A stretch of DNA of 64,000 bases from Phycisphaerae bacterium (GTDB taxonomy: Bacteria; Planctomycetota; Phycisphaerae; UBA1845): NCBI GenBank assembly GCA_029260025.1, contig JAJDDZ010000192.1, forward strand, positions 1,495-65,494, in the 5' to 3' direction. This document shows positions 17,811-26,557 of the stretch, in pieces (position 1 is the first letter of the stretch; every line of letters begins with the position of its first letter). The notes under the pieces are model-generated. The model was not told the DNA's origin. It saw only the letters and a list, made by a program, of their open reading frames with translations, and ran no database searches. The position numbers and the translations under genes are program-made.

Positions 17811-19471
17811 GGGTAATTGCGGCGCTTAATGCGAATTTGGACCGGACGCCGGTCGGGACGCGGAGTCGATTGGCAGACGAACTTGGCGGTGCAACGATTT
17901 TGGCGCGAACCGTCGAGCGCGTTTCTCAGATTTCGTCTATTGCCGGCGTTTTTGTGTTTTGCCCATCGGATCAGCTTGATCGGTGCGGCGCGATTCTGGC
18001 GCATACCCGCGCGACGACTTGCCAACACAACGCGGGTCCGCCGCCCTGGTCGAACTTGGTTTGTTCGGCGCGAAAATGGTCGCTCGACGGGTGGCGCGGC
18101 GGAATCGGTGGGGCGACATCGTTTGATGAATACACGGATGTCCGATTGATTGCCGGTCTGTTGGAAACGACTAAGGCTGATGCAGTCTTGTCGGTCCCGC
18201 CGGGGGCGGTTCTGTTCGACCCAGCCCTTGGCGAGAAGATCATTGATCATCGCAAAGCAATTGGCGAAGAGGCGAAGATGAGCTTCATTCAGGGTCCGCC
18301 AGGGTTGACCGCGGTGCTTTTGGATGCTGACGTGATTCGCGAACTTTCTGATAAAGCGCTGCCCATCGGTGCCATTTTTGGATACAAACCCGAGTCTCCG
18401 CAGAAGGATATGATTTTCGAGCCCTGTTGCTGTCCGACGTCTTCCGATGTTCGGTTTGGGACGGGTCGACTTATTGCGGACACGGATCGCGCAATCGCTC
18501 GGATTGAGCGGTTGTCATCTTCCAGGGCGAAACTATCCGCCGAGGCGATCGGTCGTCTCCTAATCGAAGAGGATGAACGCGGATGTGAAACTTTTCCTTA
18601 CGAAGTGGAGATCGAGCTTACGACCGATGACCCATATCCCTCTGGGGTTCTTCGCCCGCGTGGGTCGCGCGTTCCCACTCGTGGGCCCATCTCGATGGAG
18701 CATGTTCGCAAGGTTGCTTCGGAGCTTTCCGGACGGGACGACATTCTTTGCGTCCTAGGCGGTTTCGGCGATCCGCTTTGTCATCCGCAACTATCTGCCG
18801 TGCTGGAAGCACTAAGACCAAGCGAGTTGGCCGCGACCGGTGGCGGCGTCTTTGGACTTGCGGTTCGTACCTCGGCTGTCGATCTGACGGCTGAGGTCAT
18901 CGATATGTTAATCGCCCATCGCGTTGATGTTCTCAACGTCACGCTCGACGCCTGGACGCCGGAGACCTACCAGGATCTTCAAAGTCCCGGTGGTGAAATG
19001 ACTGCGAATCTTGACGCGGTGCTCGAAAGTCTCGATCGACTCGCCGCCGCCAAAGCCGATTGTCTGTCAGTGGCCCCCCTGGTTGTGCCCGAGTTCTGTA
19101 AATCGCGCGATAATCTTCATGAGCTGGACGATTTCTACGATGGATGGATGCAACGATTAGGCATCGCTTCGATCACCGGTTTCAATCACTTCGGGCAGCG
19201 TCTTGAAGATCGCGGCCTAATCAAGATGGCCCCCGCCGCTCGCACGCCATGTCGCCGGGTTCGGTCTCGGGCGTTGGTGCTTGCGGATGGCCGGGTGACG
19301 CTCTGCGATCAAGACTTCGAGGGGAAGCATACGATCGGAACGATCGAGGAATCGACGATGGGGGAGTTGTGGGCTGGTGAGTCGCTTTCGCAGGTGCGAG
19401 AAGCTCACGTCTCGGGTTCGGCGGAGCTGCCGGTGATCTGCGGATCTTGCGAGGAGTGGCATCGACCTTAG
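17807..19471 (+). CDS. fusion protein: SpsF/cytidylyltransferase-like N-domain plus radical-SAM-like barrel lacking the CxxxCxxC cluster plus SPASM/twitch-like C-terminus
   Basis: The TTG start overlaps the upstream stop (TTGA). The N-terminus MRVIAALNANLDRTPVGTRSRLADELGGATILARTVERV parallels the SpsF-type IIQARxGSTRLPGKxLxxLGGxPLL. The middle has ...EIELTTDDPYPSG... where rSAM enzymes carry CxxxCxxC, followed by LGGFGDPLCHPQ. The C-terminus is CRRVRSRALVLADGRVTLCDQDF...ICGSCEEW. Confidence 0.55.
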   Translation: MRVIAALNANLDRTPVGTRSRLADELGGATILARTVERVSQISSIAGVFVFCPSDQLDRCGAILAHTRATTCQHNAGPPPWSNLVCSARKWSLDGWRGGIGGATSFDEYTDVRLIAGLLETTKADAVLSVPPGAVLFDPALGEKIIDHRKAIGEEAKMSFIQGPPGLTAVLLDADVIRELSDKALPIGAIFGYKPESPQKDMIFEPCCCPTSSDVRFGTGRLIADTDRAIARIERLSSSRAKLSAEAIGRLLIEEDERGCETFPYEVEIELTTDDPYPSGVLRPRGSRVPTRGPISMEHVRKVASELSGRDDILCVLGGFGDPLCHPQLSAVLEALRPSELAATGGGVFGLAVRTSAVDLTAEVIDMLIAHRVDVLNVTLDAWTPETYQDLQSPGGEMTANLDAVLESLDRLAAAKADCLSVAPLVVPEFCKSRDNLHELDDFYDGWMQRLGIASITGFNHFGQRLEDRGLIKMAPAARTPCRRVRSRALVLADGRVTLCDQDFEGKHTIGTIEESTMGELWAGESLSQVREAHVSGSAELPVICGSCEEWHRP

Positions 19472-19674
19472 TCGGGCGCAAGGAAAACCCCACGATCCGA
19501 TTGGGCCGAATTGCGGCGTCGGTATCGCCGCCCACGCTTACCATCGCTCGGAAGATAGAGCTCCACAATTCATAGGTTCTCGAATCATGGCAGGGTTGTT
19601 TCACGGGAATGCCCCGCCGATCAACGCTTTTTTAGCCGATTTGAGTCGCTCCCAACGTTCGGAGAACGACCCCG

Positions 19675-19702
19675 TTCAAAAAATCGTGGTTCGTGGTAGA
19701 CT
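19675..19702 (+). promoter_or_regulatory. candidate sigma70-type promoter for SRP RNA
   Basis: TTCAAA (19675-19680), a 16-nt spacer, then TAGACT (19697-19702), directly upstream of the structured region. Confidence 0.3.
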
Positions 19703-19704
19703 AC

Positions 19705-19900
19705 ATCTCTCTGCGAGGAGCCGGGGGAGGGAGCCGACGCTGGTTGACGACCAGGTCCCATGCAATGCGTGGTTCAGGCAACGGGTCAGACTGGAGACAG
19801 AGCAGCCCACTTGTTTCATTCAGGTGCCGTGGATCACCTGGTCGTCAACGAGCGCCGGCGGTATCCGGGGTGAATTTCGCGCCCGCTATTGTGGCGCTTG
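19705..19900 (+). ncRNA. ffs: signal recognition particle RNA (ends approximate)
   Basis: A 19-bp helix with one mismatch forms between 19738-19756 (cgctggttgacgaccaggt) and 19836-19854 (acctggtcgtcaacgagcg). Its apical part contains GUCAGACUGGAGACAGAGCAGCC (19785-19807) and GGUGCCGUGGAU. These resemble the 4.5S domain IV sequences GUCAGGUCCGGAAGGAAGCAGCC and GUGCCGGGAU. It sits immediately upstream of dnaX-ybaB-recR, as scr does in Bacillus subtilis. Confidence 0.65.
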
Positions 19901-19921
19901 AGGGATGTTTTTGAGGGCAAA

Positions 19922-21397
19922 ATGTCGTACCGCGTATTAGCGAGGGCCTACCGAAGTTCGACGTTCGATGAAGTCGTCGGGCAGGACGCCATTGCAACTA
20001 CGCTTAAAAATGCAATCACCGGCGGTCGCGTGCACCACGGGTACCTTTTTACCGGGACGCGCGGTGTTGGCAAAACGTCGATGGCCAGGATTCTCGCCAA
20101 GGCGCTCAACTGTCTTGCGTTTGATGATGCGACGGCTACTCCATGTCTTGAGTGCGATTCGTGCAAGGCGGTTTCGGAGGGCGAAGACGTGGACGTCGTC
20201 GAGATCGACGCCGCGAGCAACACCGGCGTTGATAACATTCGCGAGCTTCGCAGTAACGCGACGCTTCGCCCTGCCCGGGCACGTTTTAAGATATACATTA
20301 TCGACGAGGTTCACATGCTCTCGCCGGGGGCGTTCAACGCGCTTCTCAAGACTCTTGAGGAACCTCCCCCGCATGTGAAATTTATCCTCGCGACGACCGT
20401 GTCGCACAAGGTCCCCGCTACGATTCAGAGTCGGTGTCAGCGGTTCGACTTTCGGGCGATCGATGTGGATTCGATTACAGCCCACCTCGAGCGACTGATC
20501 CAGGCGGAGAAGATTGAGGCGGAAGACGGCGTTCTGCGCCGGGTGGCTCGCCTGGCGAACGGGTCGATGCGAGACGCTCTTTCGATTCTTGATAAGCTGC
20601 TGTCGTACGACGCGAAGCACCTAACGCGAGAGGTGACCGACCAGGTCATTCCGCCGCCTCACGACGAGCTATCGCTGGGGATTATTGATCGCGTTTCGGA
20701 GAATGACGCCGGTGGGGCGCTCAAGGCGCTCGACGACGCCCTTCAAACGGGTCGCACGGCTGAGCAGTTTTGCACTCACCTCATCGAACATCTGCGAACG
20801 CTAATGCTCCTGAACGTTTGCGGGGCGAAGACGGACTTGATCGACGTATCCACATCGATGCGCGAGACGCTTGTTGACCAATCGAACCGGTTCGACGCCC
20901 CGACCTATGTCTACATGATTACACTTTTGGAGGAGCTTCGTCGAAGCGTCAAATCCAGCGGTGCAGCCCGGGCACTGGCGGACGCTGCCGTTGTCCGGTT
21001 GGCGATGAGCGCTCGCTTTAGCGATATCAATGCGTTGATCGAACAGATCGATCAGCAAGCTCCGGGTGCTCTCGACGAATCGAATCAGCAAACGCTCCCG
21101 GCAAAAAAAAAAGGCCCTGACGTCGGACGGGTATTAGCTTCGTCACAATCCCCACTCGCCGAGGTTGTTCAGCCAGCGAAGTCGGCAGGATCTTCGAACG
21201 ACCATCACACGCGAGAAGTTGCAACACCAATTCCGACGCGTGTGAGTGAGGCAGAAACCAAGCCCTCTCCGGAAGAATGGCACGAGGCCTCGCGTGATCC
21301 GCTGGTGACACGCGTGAAAAACGCGGTGGATGGGACGCTCATGGACATCAAGCAGCGGACGATGCCGCAACCCGACAAGAACGATTCAAACGATTAG
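19922..21397 (+). CDS. dnaX: DNA polymerase III subunits gamma/tau
   Basis: MSYRVLARAYRSSTFDEVVGQDAIATTLKNAITGGRVHHGYLFTGTRGVGKTSMARILAKALNC, a Zn module CLECDSCKAV, and box VII SRCQRFDF. Start taken at ATG 19922 within ORF 19889..21397. Confidence 0.95.
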   Translation: MSYRVLARAYRSSTFDEVVGQDAIATTLKNAITGGRVHHGYLFTGTRGVGKTSMARILAKALNCLAFDDATATPCLECDSCKAVSEGEDVDVVEIDAASNTGVDNIRELRSNATLRPARARFKIYIIDEVHMLSPGAFNALLKTLEEPPPHVKFILATTVSHKVPATIQSRCQRFDFRAIDVDSITAHLERLIQAEKIEAEDGVLRRVARLANGSMRDALSILDKLLSYDAKHLTREVTDQVIPPPHDELSLGIIDRVSENDAGGALKALDDALQTGRTAEQFCTHLIEHLRTLMLLNVCGAKTDLIDVSTSMRETLVDQSNRFDAPTYVYMITLLEELRRSVKSSGAARALADAAVVRLAMSARFSDINALIEQIDQQAPGALDESNQQTLPAKKKGPDVGRVLASSQSPLAEVVQPAKSAGSSNDHHTREVATPIPTRVSEAETKPSPEEWHEASRDPLVTRVKNAVDGTLMDIKQRTMPQPDKNDSND

Positions 21398-21428
21398 TAG
21401 AATGAAACCCGTTATTTGGAGTGAAGAA

Positions 21429-21767
21429 ATGTTCGGAGGTCTCGGAAACATGGCGGAGATGCTCAAAAACGCCAAGCAGATGCAGGGTAATCTCGTAAAA
21501 ATGCAGGAGGAGATGGCTGCCAAGCGTTTTGAAGGTGCGGCCGGCGGCGACATGGTAAGAGCAACCGTCGATGGGAAGGGTACGCTCCTTGATCTGAAAA
21601 TCGATCCCAAAGCGGTTGAAGACGTCGAGCTGCTGGAGGATCTGGTTAAGTCTGCGGTCTGTGCTGCCACGACGAAGTCGCAGGAGGCGATGAAAGAGCA
21701 AATGTCTTCGCTCGCCGGGGGTATGGACTTAGGCGGACTGTCGCAAATGCTGGGCGGCGGAAGCTAA
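21429..21767 (+). CDS. ybaB: YbaB/EbfC family nucleoid-associated protein
   Basis: MFGGLGNMAEMLKNAKQMQGNLVKMQEEMAAKRFEGAAGGDMVRATVDGKGTLLDLKIDPKAV... Conserved position between dnaX and recR. Confidence 0.9.
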   Translation: MFGGLGNMAEMLKNAKQMQGNLVKMQEEMAAKRFEGAAGGDMVRATVDGKGTLLDLKIDPKAVEDVELLEDLVKSAVCAATTKSQEAMKEQMSSLAGGMDLGGLSQMLGGGS

Positions 21768-21769
21768 AC

Positions 21770-22372
21770 ATGAACACCGAGCCGATCGAGTCCTTGGCGC
21801 GTCTGAAGGAGCAGTTTCGCAAGCTGCCCGGAATCGGCGCGCGCAGTGCGGAGCGATTGGCGTTTCACGTCTTGCGTGAACCACGCGACTACGCGAGCGC
21901 GCTGGCACGCGCGATTATCGACGTGAAGGACAAGGTGATTCATTGTCGGACGTGTTTCAATCTAACCGAAGCTGATCCGTGCTCGATTTGCAGCGACGCC
22001 CGCCGTGATGCGCAAGAGATTTGGGTTGTCGAACAGCCCAAGGACTTAATTGCGTTGGAGGCGACGGGTCTAGTTCGTGGAGTCTACCATGTATTGATGG
22101 GACACATCGCGCCGCTGGATGGGATCGAACCCGAGCATCTTACGATTGATGCACTCGTCCAACGGGTGAAGACCGATCCGCCGCGAGAGGTGGTTCTTGC
22201 GCTCAATCCGACGCTCGAAGGAGACGGGACAGCCCTGCATATTCAGAGCCTTTTGGCGGATTTTGGAATCAAAGTCACCAGGCCCGCACGCGGGCTTGCA
22301 GTCGGGTCGCAGCTGGAATACGCGTCCGTGGGGATGCTAGAGTCCGCTATTAGAGGACGCAGCGATATGTGA
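21770..22372 (+). CDS. recR: recombination protein RecR
   Basis: LKEQFRKLPGIGARSAERLAFHVL (HhH), a C4 zinc finger CRTCFNLTEADPCSICSD, and a Toprim domain. Confidence 0.95.
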   Translation: MNTEPIESLARLKEQFRKLPGIGARSAERLAFHVLREPRDYASALARAIIDVKDKVIHCRTCFNLTEADPCSICSDARRDAQEIWVVEQPKDLIALEATGLVRGVYHVLMGHIAPLDGIEPEHLTIDALVQRVKTDPPREVVLALNPTLEGDGTALHIQSLLADFGIKVTRPARGLAVGSQLEYASVGMLESAIRGRSDM

Positions 22373-22497
22373 CGACGCCCAATTCTTCTTCGCTGGAGTA
22401 GTCGCCATTTCTGCTATAATAAATGGCTGGCGTCCCGCGTTTGCGTGGACGACACCCGCTCTGATTAGGGCGGCTGATCAATAGAATTTGAAAAACA

Positions 22498-23958
22498 ATG
22501 TCGCAGTACTTCTCACAACATCTTGGTCAGAACATGCGGATGGAGCAACGGCTTACTCCGCGCCTAATTCAGTCGATGGCTGTGCTGCAGAAACCGGTTG
22601 CCGACCTTGAAGCCTATGTCGAAGAGGCGCTCGAATCGAATGCCGCGCTAGAGCTTGCCGAGCCAACCCTCGATCCGTCCTCTGAGCCCAGAAGCGACGA
22701 CGGCAGTAACGGAGCAGCCTCAGAGGAAGCCGCCGAGGGGTTCGCTCGGGCAGAGCGTTTTTCTCGCGAGAATGATCCCGATTGGCAAGATCGACCCGCG
22801 TACACCCATCGGCGCGTTTCCTCCAGCGGTGAGCCAGATGCGAAGATGGGTGCGATGGCGAACACGGCCGGTCGCGAGATTTCCTTGACCGAGCATCTTC
22901 GAAACCAGTGGTCACTCGCCGAGGTTGATGACGAGCTGCGAGCCGCAGGCGATGCGATTATTGATAAGCTCGATCCCGATGGTTTTTTGCGTGCGGAGTT
23001 TTTCGACGTCGCCCGAAGCGCTAGACCCCAGGTGTCCATTGAGGCGATCGAGCGCGCTCGACCGCTGGTTCAAGCGCTCGATCCGATCGGTGTTGCATCG
23101 CTGGATACGAAAGAGTGCTTGCTTCTTCAACTTGATGCGCTTGAAGGCGACAATTCGATCGAGCGCGTCTTGGTTGAAAACCACCTCGACGACATTACAC
23201 ACAACCGCCTGCCTGCCGTTGCGAAGGCCACGGGTTTTTCGCTTGGCGAGATCAACGAAGCGATCAAAGCGATGGGGACGACGCTACATCTTCAACCCGG
23301 ACACCTCGTGGGCGACCGCTCGGTTCCGCCAATTCGACCTGACGTGATCGTCGATTACGCCAACTCTGGCGGCGGTCTTGAAGTTCGCCTAACACGAGGG
23401 AACATGCCAAATCTTCGTGTTCGCGACGATGTCGTCGCGCTCGCCAAGACCAAGGGGAACGGAAAAGACGAACGAGATTTCGCTCGCAAGCACGTCGAAG
23501 AGGCTGCTGCGTTGATTGATGCGGTGAGCTTTCGACGGACACGCCTGTTGCAAGTTGCCAGGATGCTCGTTGAAAAGCAGCGGGAGTTTTTCGACGTCGG
23601 ACCCGCCGGATTGAGAATCTGCAAAATGAGTGATCTTGCGGATGAGCTTGAGTGTGACCCGTCGACGATCAGTCGGACGGTGGCTGAGAAGTACATCCAG
23701 ACGCCGCGCGGGATACTTCCGATGCGATACTTCTTCACCGGCGGGACCGAGACCGAAGACGGTGAAGCGGTTGGCTGGGACCACGTCAAAACGCGCGTGA
23801 AAGAATTGATCGACGAAGAGCCCAAGGGTAAACCGCTAAACGACGATCAGATCGCGGCGCTACTTCACGATGAAGGTATCGAGTTATCTCGTCGTACCGT
23901 AGCTAAGTATCGCCAGCAGATGAGCATCCCCGCCGCACGTCAGCGAAAGACGTTTTAA
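22498..23958 (+). CDS. rpoN: RNA polymerase sigma-54 factor
   Basis: N-terminal region I (MRMEQRLTPRLIQSMAVLQ), an acidic region II, and a C-terminal HTH and RpoN box (ISRTVAEKYIQTPRGILPMRYFF ... SRRTVAKYR). Confidence 0.92.
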   Translation: MSQYFSQHLGQNMRMEQRLTPRLIQSMAVLQKPVADLEAYVEEALESNAALELAEPTLDPSSEPRSDDGSNGAASEEAAEGFARAERFSRENDPDWQDRPAYTHRRVSSSGEPDAKMGAMANTAGREISLTEHLRNQWSLAEVDDELRAAGDAIIDKLDPDGFLRAEFFDVARSARPQVSIEAIERARPLVQALDPIGVASLDTKECLLLQLDALEGDNSIERVLVENHLDDITHNRLPAVAKATGFSLGEINEAIKAMGTTLHLQPGHLVGDRSVPPIRPDVIVDYANSGGGLEVRLTRGNMPNLRVRDDVVALAKTKGNGKDERDFARKHVEEAAALIDAVSFRRTRLLQVARMLVEKQREFFDVGPAGLRICKMSDLADELECDPSTISRTVAEKYIQTPRGILPMRYFFTGGTETEDGEAVGWDHVKTRVKELIDEEPKGKPLNDDQIAALLHDEGIELSRRTVAKYRQQMSIPAARQRKTF

Positions 23959-24164
23959 AAGGTTTTCGCTATTCACGATCAACCCCGCTTGATCGCAATT
24001 CTTGTGCCCTTTCGCTATCATAGGGGCCACGGTGAAAACGCCCACAAGTACTATTTCGCACGAGGTCTTGTTGGTTGGTTGTTGTTCGCTGGAAACAGCA
24101 GCCAGATGGATCGTGATAAATCGAGACCGACTTTGGTCTCCCAGACTGGTAGAGTTTCTTTCCT

Positions 24165-25211
24165 TTGAAAATCGGATCGATCGAATTTGACGTACCGTTC
24201 GTGCAGGCTGCGCTCAGCGGGTACAGCGACCTTGCGATGCGCCGCGTCAATCGGCGCTATGGCGCTCCGTATACTCTCAACGAGGTCGTGCTCGACAAAA
24301 CGGTCGTAGAATCGGGCAAAAAACGCAACGCGATCTTGTGCGTGACCCAAGACGATCATCCCGTCGGCGGTCAGCTGATGGGGAGCGATCCGAACGTCTT
24401 CGGACCGGCTGCTGCGGACCTCGCTGGCGCTGGGTACGACATGATCGATATCAACTTTGGTTGTCCGGTCAAAAAGGTGCTCGGCCGTTGTCGGGGCGGG
24501 TTTCTGCTATCGCAACCCGAAATCGCTCTGGACATTGTACGCCGCGTTTACGATGCAGTCGGCGAAACGCACCCAGTTACCGTAAAAATGCGTCGCGGTA
24601 TGGATGATTCGCGCGGCGCCGAGCGAAATTTCTTTGAGATTCTCGATGGGGCGTTTTCGATCGGAGTTTCTGCGGTCACGGTGCATTGTCGAACCGTCAG
24701 GCAGCGATACGTTGGACCCAGCGAGTGGTCTTTCCTAAAAAAAGTCAAAAAACACGTCGGCGATCGCGTCATCTTTGGTAGCGGCGATTTGTTTAGTGCG
24801 CATGCGTGCGTAAACATGATCAACGAGACGGGTGTGGACGGCGTGACGATCGCTCGCGGGTGTATTGGGAATCCGTGGATTTTCTTGGAGTGTCGCGCAC
24901 TCTGGAGCGGCCACCCACTACCGCCGCCTCCGTCGATTGCCCAGCAAGGCGAAGCGATCATGTATCATTGGGAGCAGTCCTTAGAGGTTCACGGGGCACA
25001 GCTTGCGGGCCGTATCATGCGAAAATTCGGGATCAAGTACGCAGAGCATCATCCGTGCGCCGAAGAGCTTCGCCGTGCGTATATCGCCGTGAAGACGCCG
25101 CAAGATTTCGACGCAGTGCTTAGCGAGTGGTACGACGCGGACCGCGATTGGCCTGCGGTCAAACGCCGCGACGGACACGGCGACCTCATCGCGGCGGGCG
25201 CGAAACTGTAG
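24165..25211 (+). CDS. dus: tRNA-dihydrouridine synthase
   Basis: APYTLNEVV..., GGQLMGSDP, and DINFGCPVKKVLGRCRGGFLL, on a TIM-barrel flavoenzyme of Dus length. TTG start is assumed. Confidence 0.85.
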   Translation: MKIGSIEFDVPFVQAALSGYSDLAMRRVNRRYGAPYTLNEVVLDKTVVESGKKRNAILCVTQDDHPVGGQLMGSDPNVFGPAAADLAGAGYDMIDINFGCPVKKVLGRCRGGFLLSQPEIALDIVRRVYDAVGETHPVTVKMRRGMDDSRGAERNFFEILDGAFSIGVSAVTVHCRTVRQRYVGPSEWSFLKKVKKHVGDRVIFGSGDLFSAHACVNMINETGVDGVTIARGCIGNPWIFLECRALWSGHPLPPPPSIAQQGEAIMYHWEQSLEVHGAQLAGRIMRKFGIKYAEHHPCAEELRRAYIAVKTPQDFDAVLSEWYDADRDWPAVKRRDGHGDLIAAGAKL

Positions 25212-25239
25212 CTTCCCCTTGATACAGATTGCGAATCTG

Positions 25240-25809
25240 ATGATGCGATTTTTTCTCGAAGACGTTTGGAAGCTCGCGGTCTTGCTGGGTGTTATGCAAT
25301 TCTGCCTGGTGTGCCTTTGGTCCTGGACTCGATCGCGACAGGTTGCCATCGCCAATTGGGTCGTTCTCTCCCTAATTCCGGTCCTTCTTTCGCTATCGGT
25401 TTTCGTGACCACGCCCGCCGAGAAAATCATCGAAACCTGTCGTCGCGTCGCAGCCGCGATCGACGACGGGGACATGCCAACGATCGGTGCTCATGTCGCA
25501 ACGGATTTTCAAGCGGGTGATTTCGACCGCGACGCGCTCTTGGAAAAGGTAGAAAGCGCCCTGACGCGCGTTCGCGTGGACAATCCTCGCCTTCGCTCAT
25601 TTGAGGTTTCCCTCGCAAGTCCGATGCTTGCGGAGGTTGTCTTTCGAGCATCTTGTCGCGTGAGGACGCCCGATCTTTCGCAAAACGGACTCCCATCGAA
25701 GTGGCGGATTCGCTTCCGGCGCGATGGTAATGCCTGGCAGATGACGGCGATCGAGTCGCTACCGGTCCCACCGATGAACCTGCGCGTGCTGGGCGACTGG
25801 TTGCGATAA
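25240..25809 (+). CDS. hypothetical membrane protein with SnoaL/NTF2-like C-terminal region
   Basis: ORF 25219..25809. Two N-terminal TM segments are followed by a soluble domain. No family is recognised with certainty. Confidence 0.5.
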   Translation: MMRFFLEDVWKLAVLLGVMQFCLVCLWSWTRSRQVAIANWVVLSLIPVLLSLSVFVTTPAEKIIETCRRVAAAIDDGDMPTIGAHVATDFQAGDFDRDALLEKVESALTRVRVDNPRLRSFEVSLASPMLAEVVFRASCRVRTPDLSQNGLPSKWRIRFRRDGNAWQMTAIESLPVPPMNLRVLGDWLR

Positions 25810-25939
25810 TTCCCCGGTTCGCGTCCTGCAGAAGTCCACATGACCCCGAACCTCTCTAGGCCCCACTTGTATTTTTCCGTCGTTTTCCGAGGGTTTCGCG
25901 CGTCAGCGGGCATATTCACGGTAGAAGGCACGAAGAGTT

Positions 25940-26548
25940 GTGCATGAGGCGACGCCAATTGGAGAGGCTGTGACCGTAGTACCGACCGCACAGACAACCG
26001 GAACGATCACGTATCACGAAGCGTCCGCGGACAGGCTTCGTCGCGTGTTCTCCGCGCGGTGCGACGCGATCTATGGTTTTATCGTAGTGCGGGTCGGCGG
26101 CGATCGGCACGTTGCCGACGATCTACTTCAGCAGACCTGCTACGAGGCGGCTCGCAAGACTCATGCACCCGCGCCAGACGACGCATGTGAAGCTTACCTT
26201 TTTGGCATCGCACGCAACCTGGTTCGCAAGCACTGGCGGACGCAAAAGCGCCGCGGAGTTGTTCTACCGCTTGAAGATCACGACAGCGGTCGAAACATCG
26301 TCGAGAAGATGCAAGCCGGCGATCTCTCGGCGGAATCAATCAGTGATCCCGAGATGCTGACACAGCTCATGCTCGCGATTACGTCTCTGCCCAGTGAAGA
26401 TCAGCGACTCATCTTTGCCTTCTATTTCGACGGGCGATCGCAACAGCAGATCGCGGAGGACCAAAACACGACAGCCAAGAGCGTCGAGGCAAAGCTATAT
26501 CGCCTGCGGTCGAGGTTGCGAGAAAGACTTCAGAACTTAGAAAGGTAA
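25940..26548 (+). CDS. ECF-type RNA polymerase sigma factor
   Basis: Region 2 (...DDLLQQTCYEAARK...YLFGIARNLVRKHWR) and region 4 (LPSEDQRLIFAFYFDGRSQQQIAEDQNTTAKSVEAKLYRLRSRLRERL). Confidence 0.85.
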   Translation: MHEATPIGEAVTVVPTAQTTGTITYHEASADRLRRVFSARCDAIYGFIVVRVGGDRHVADDLLQQTCYEAARKTHAPAPDDACEAYLFGIARNLVRKHWRTQKRRGVVLPLEDHDSGRNIVEKMQAGDLSAESISDPEMLTQLMLAITSLPSEDQRLIFAFYFDGRSQQQIAEDQNTTAKSVEAKLYRLRSRLRERLQNLER

Positions 26549-26557
26549 CGGTGTCCT

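Noticed and set aside
19587-19914. ORFs 19587..19901 and 19693..19914 upstream of dnaX
   Set aside because: The region folds into a long helix with SRP RNA domain IV motifs. The ORF translations have no protein-like features.
19937-20620. 227-aa minus-strand ORF, plus other antisense ORFs inside dnaX
   Set aside because: They are antisense to the conserved AAA+ region of dnaX and have an Arg-rich artefact-like composition.
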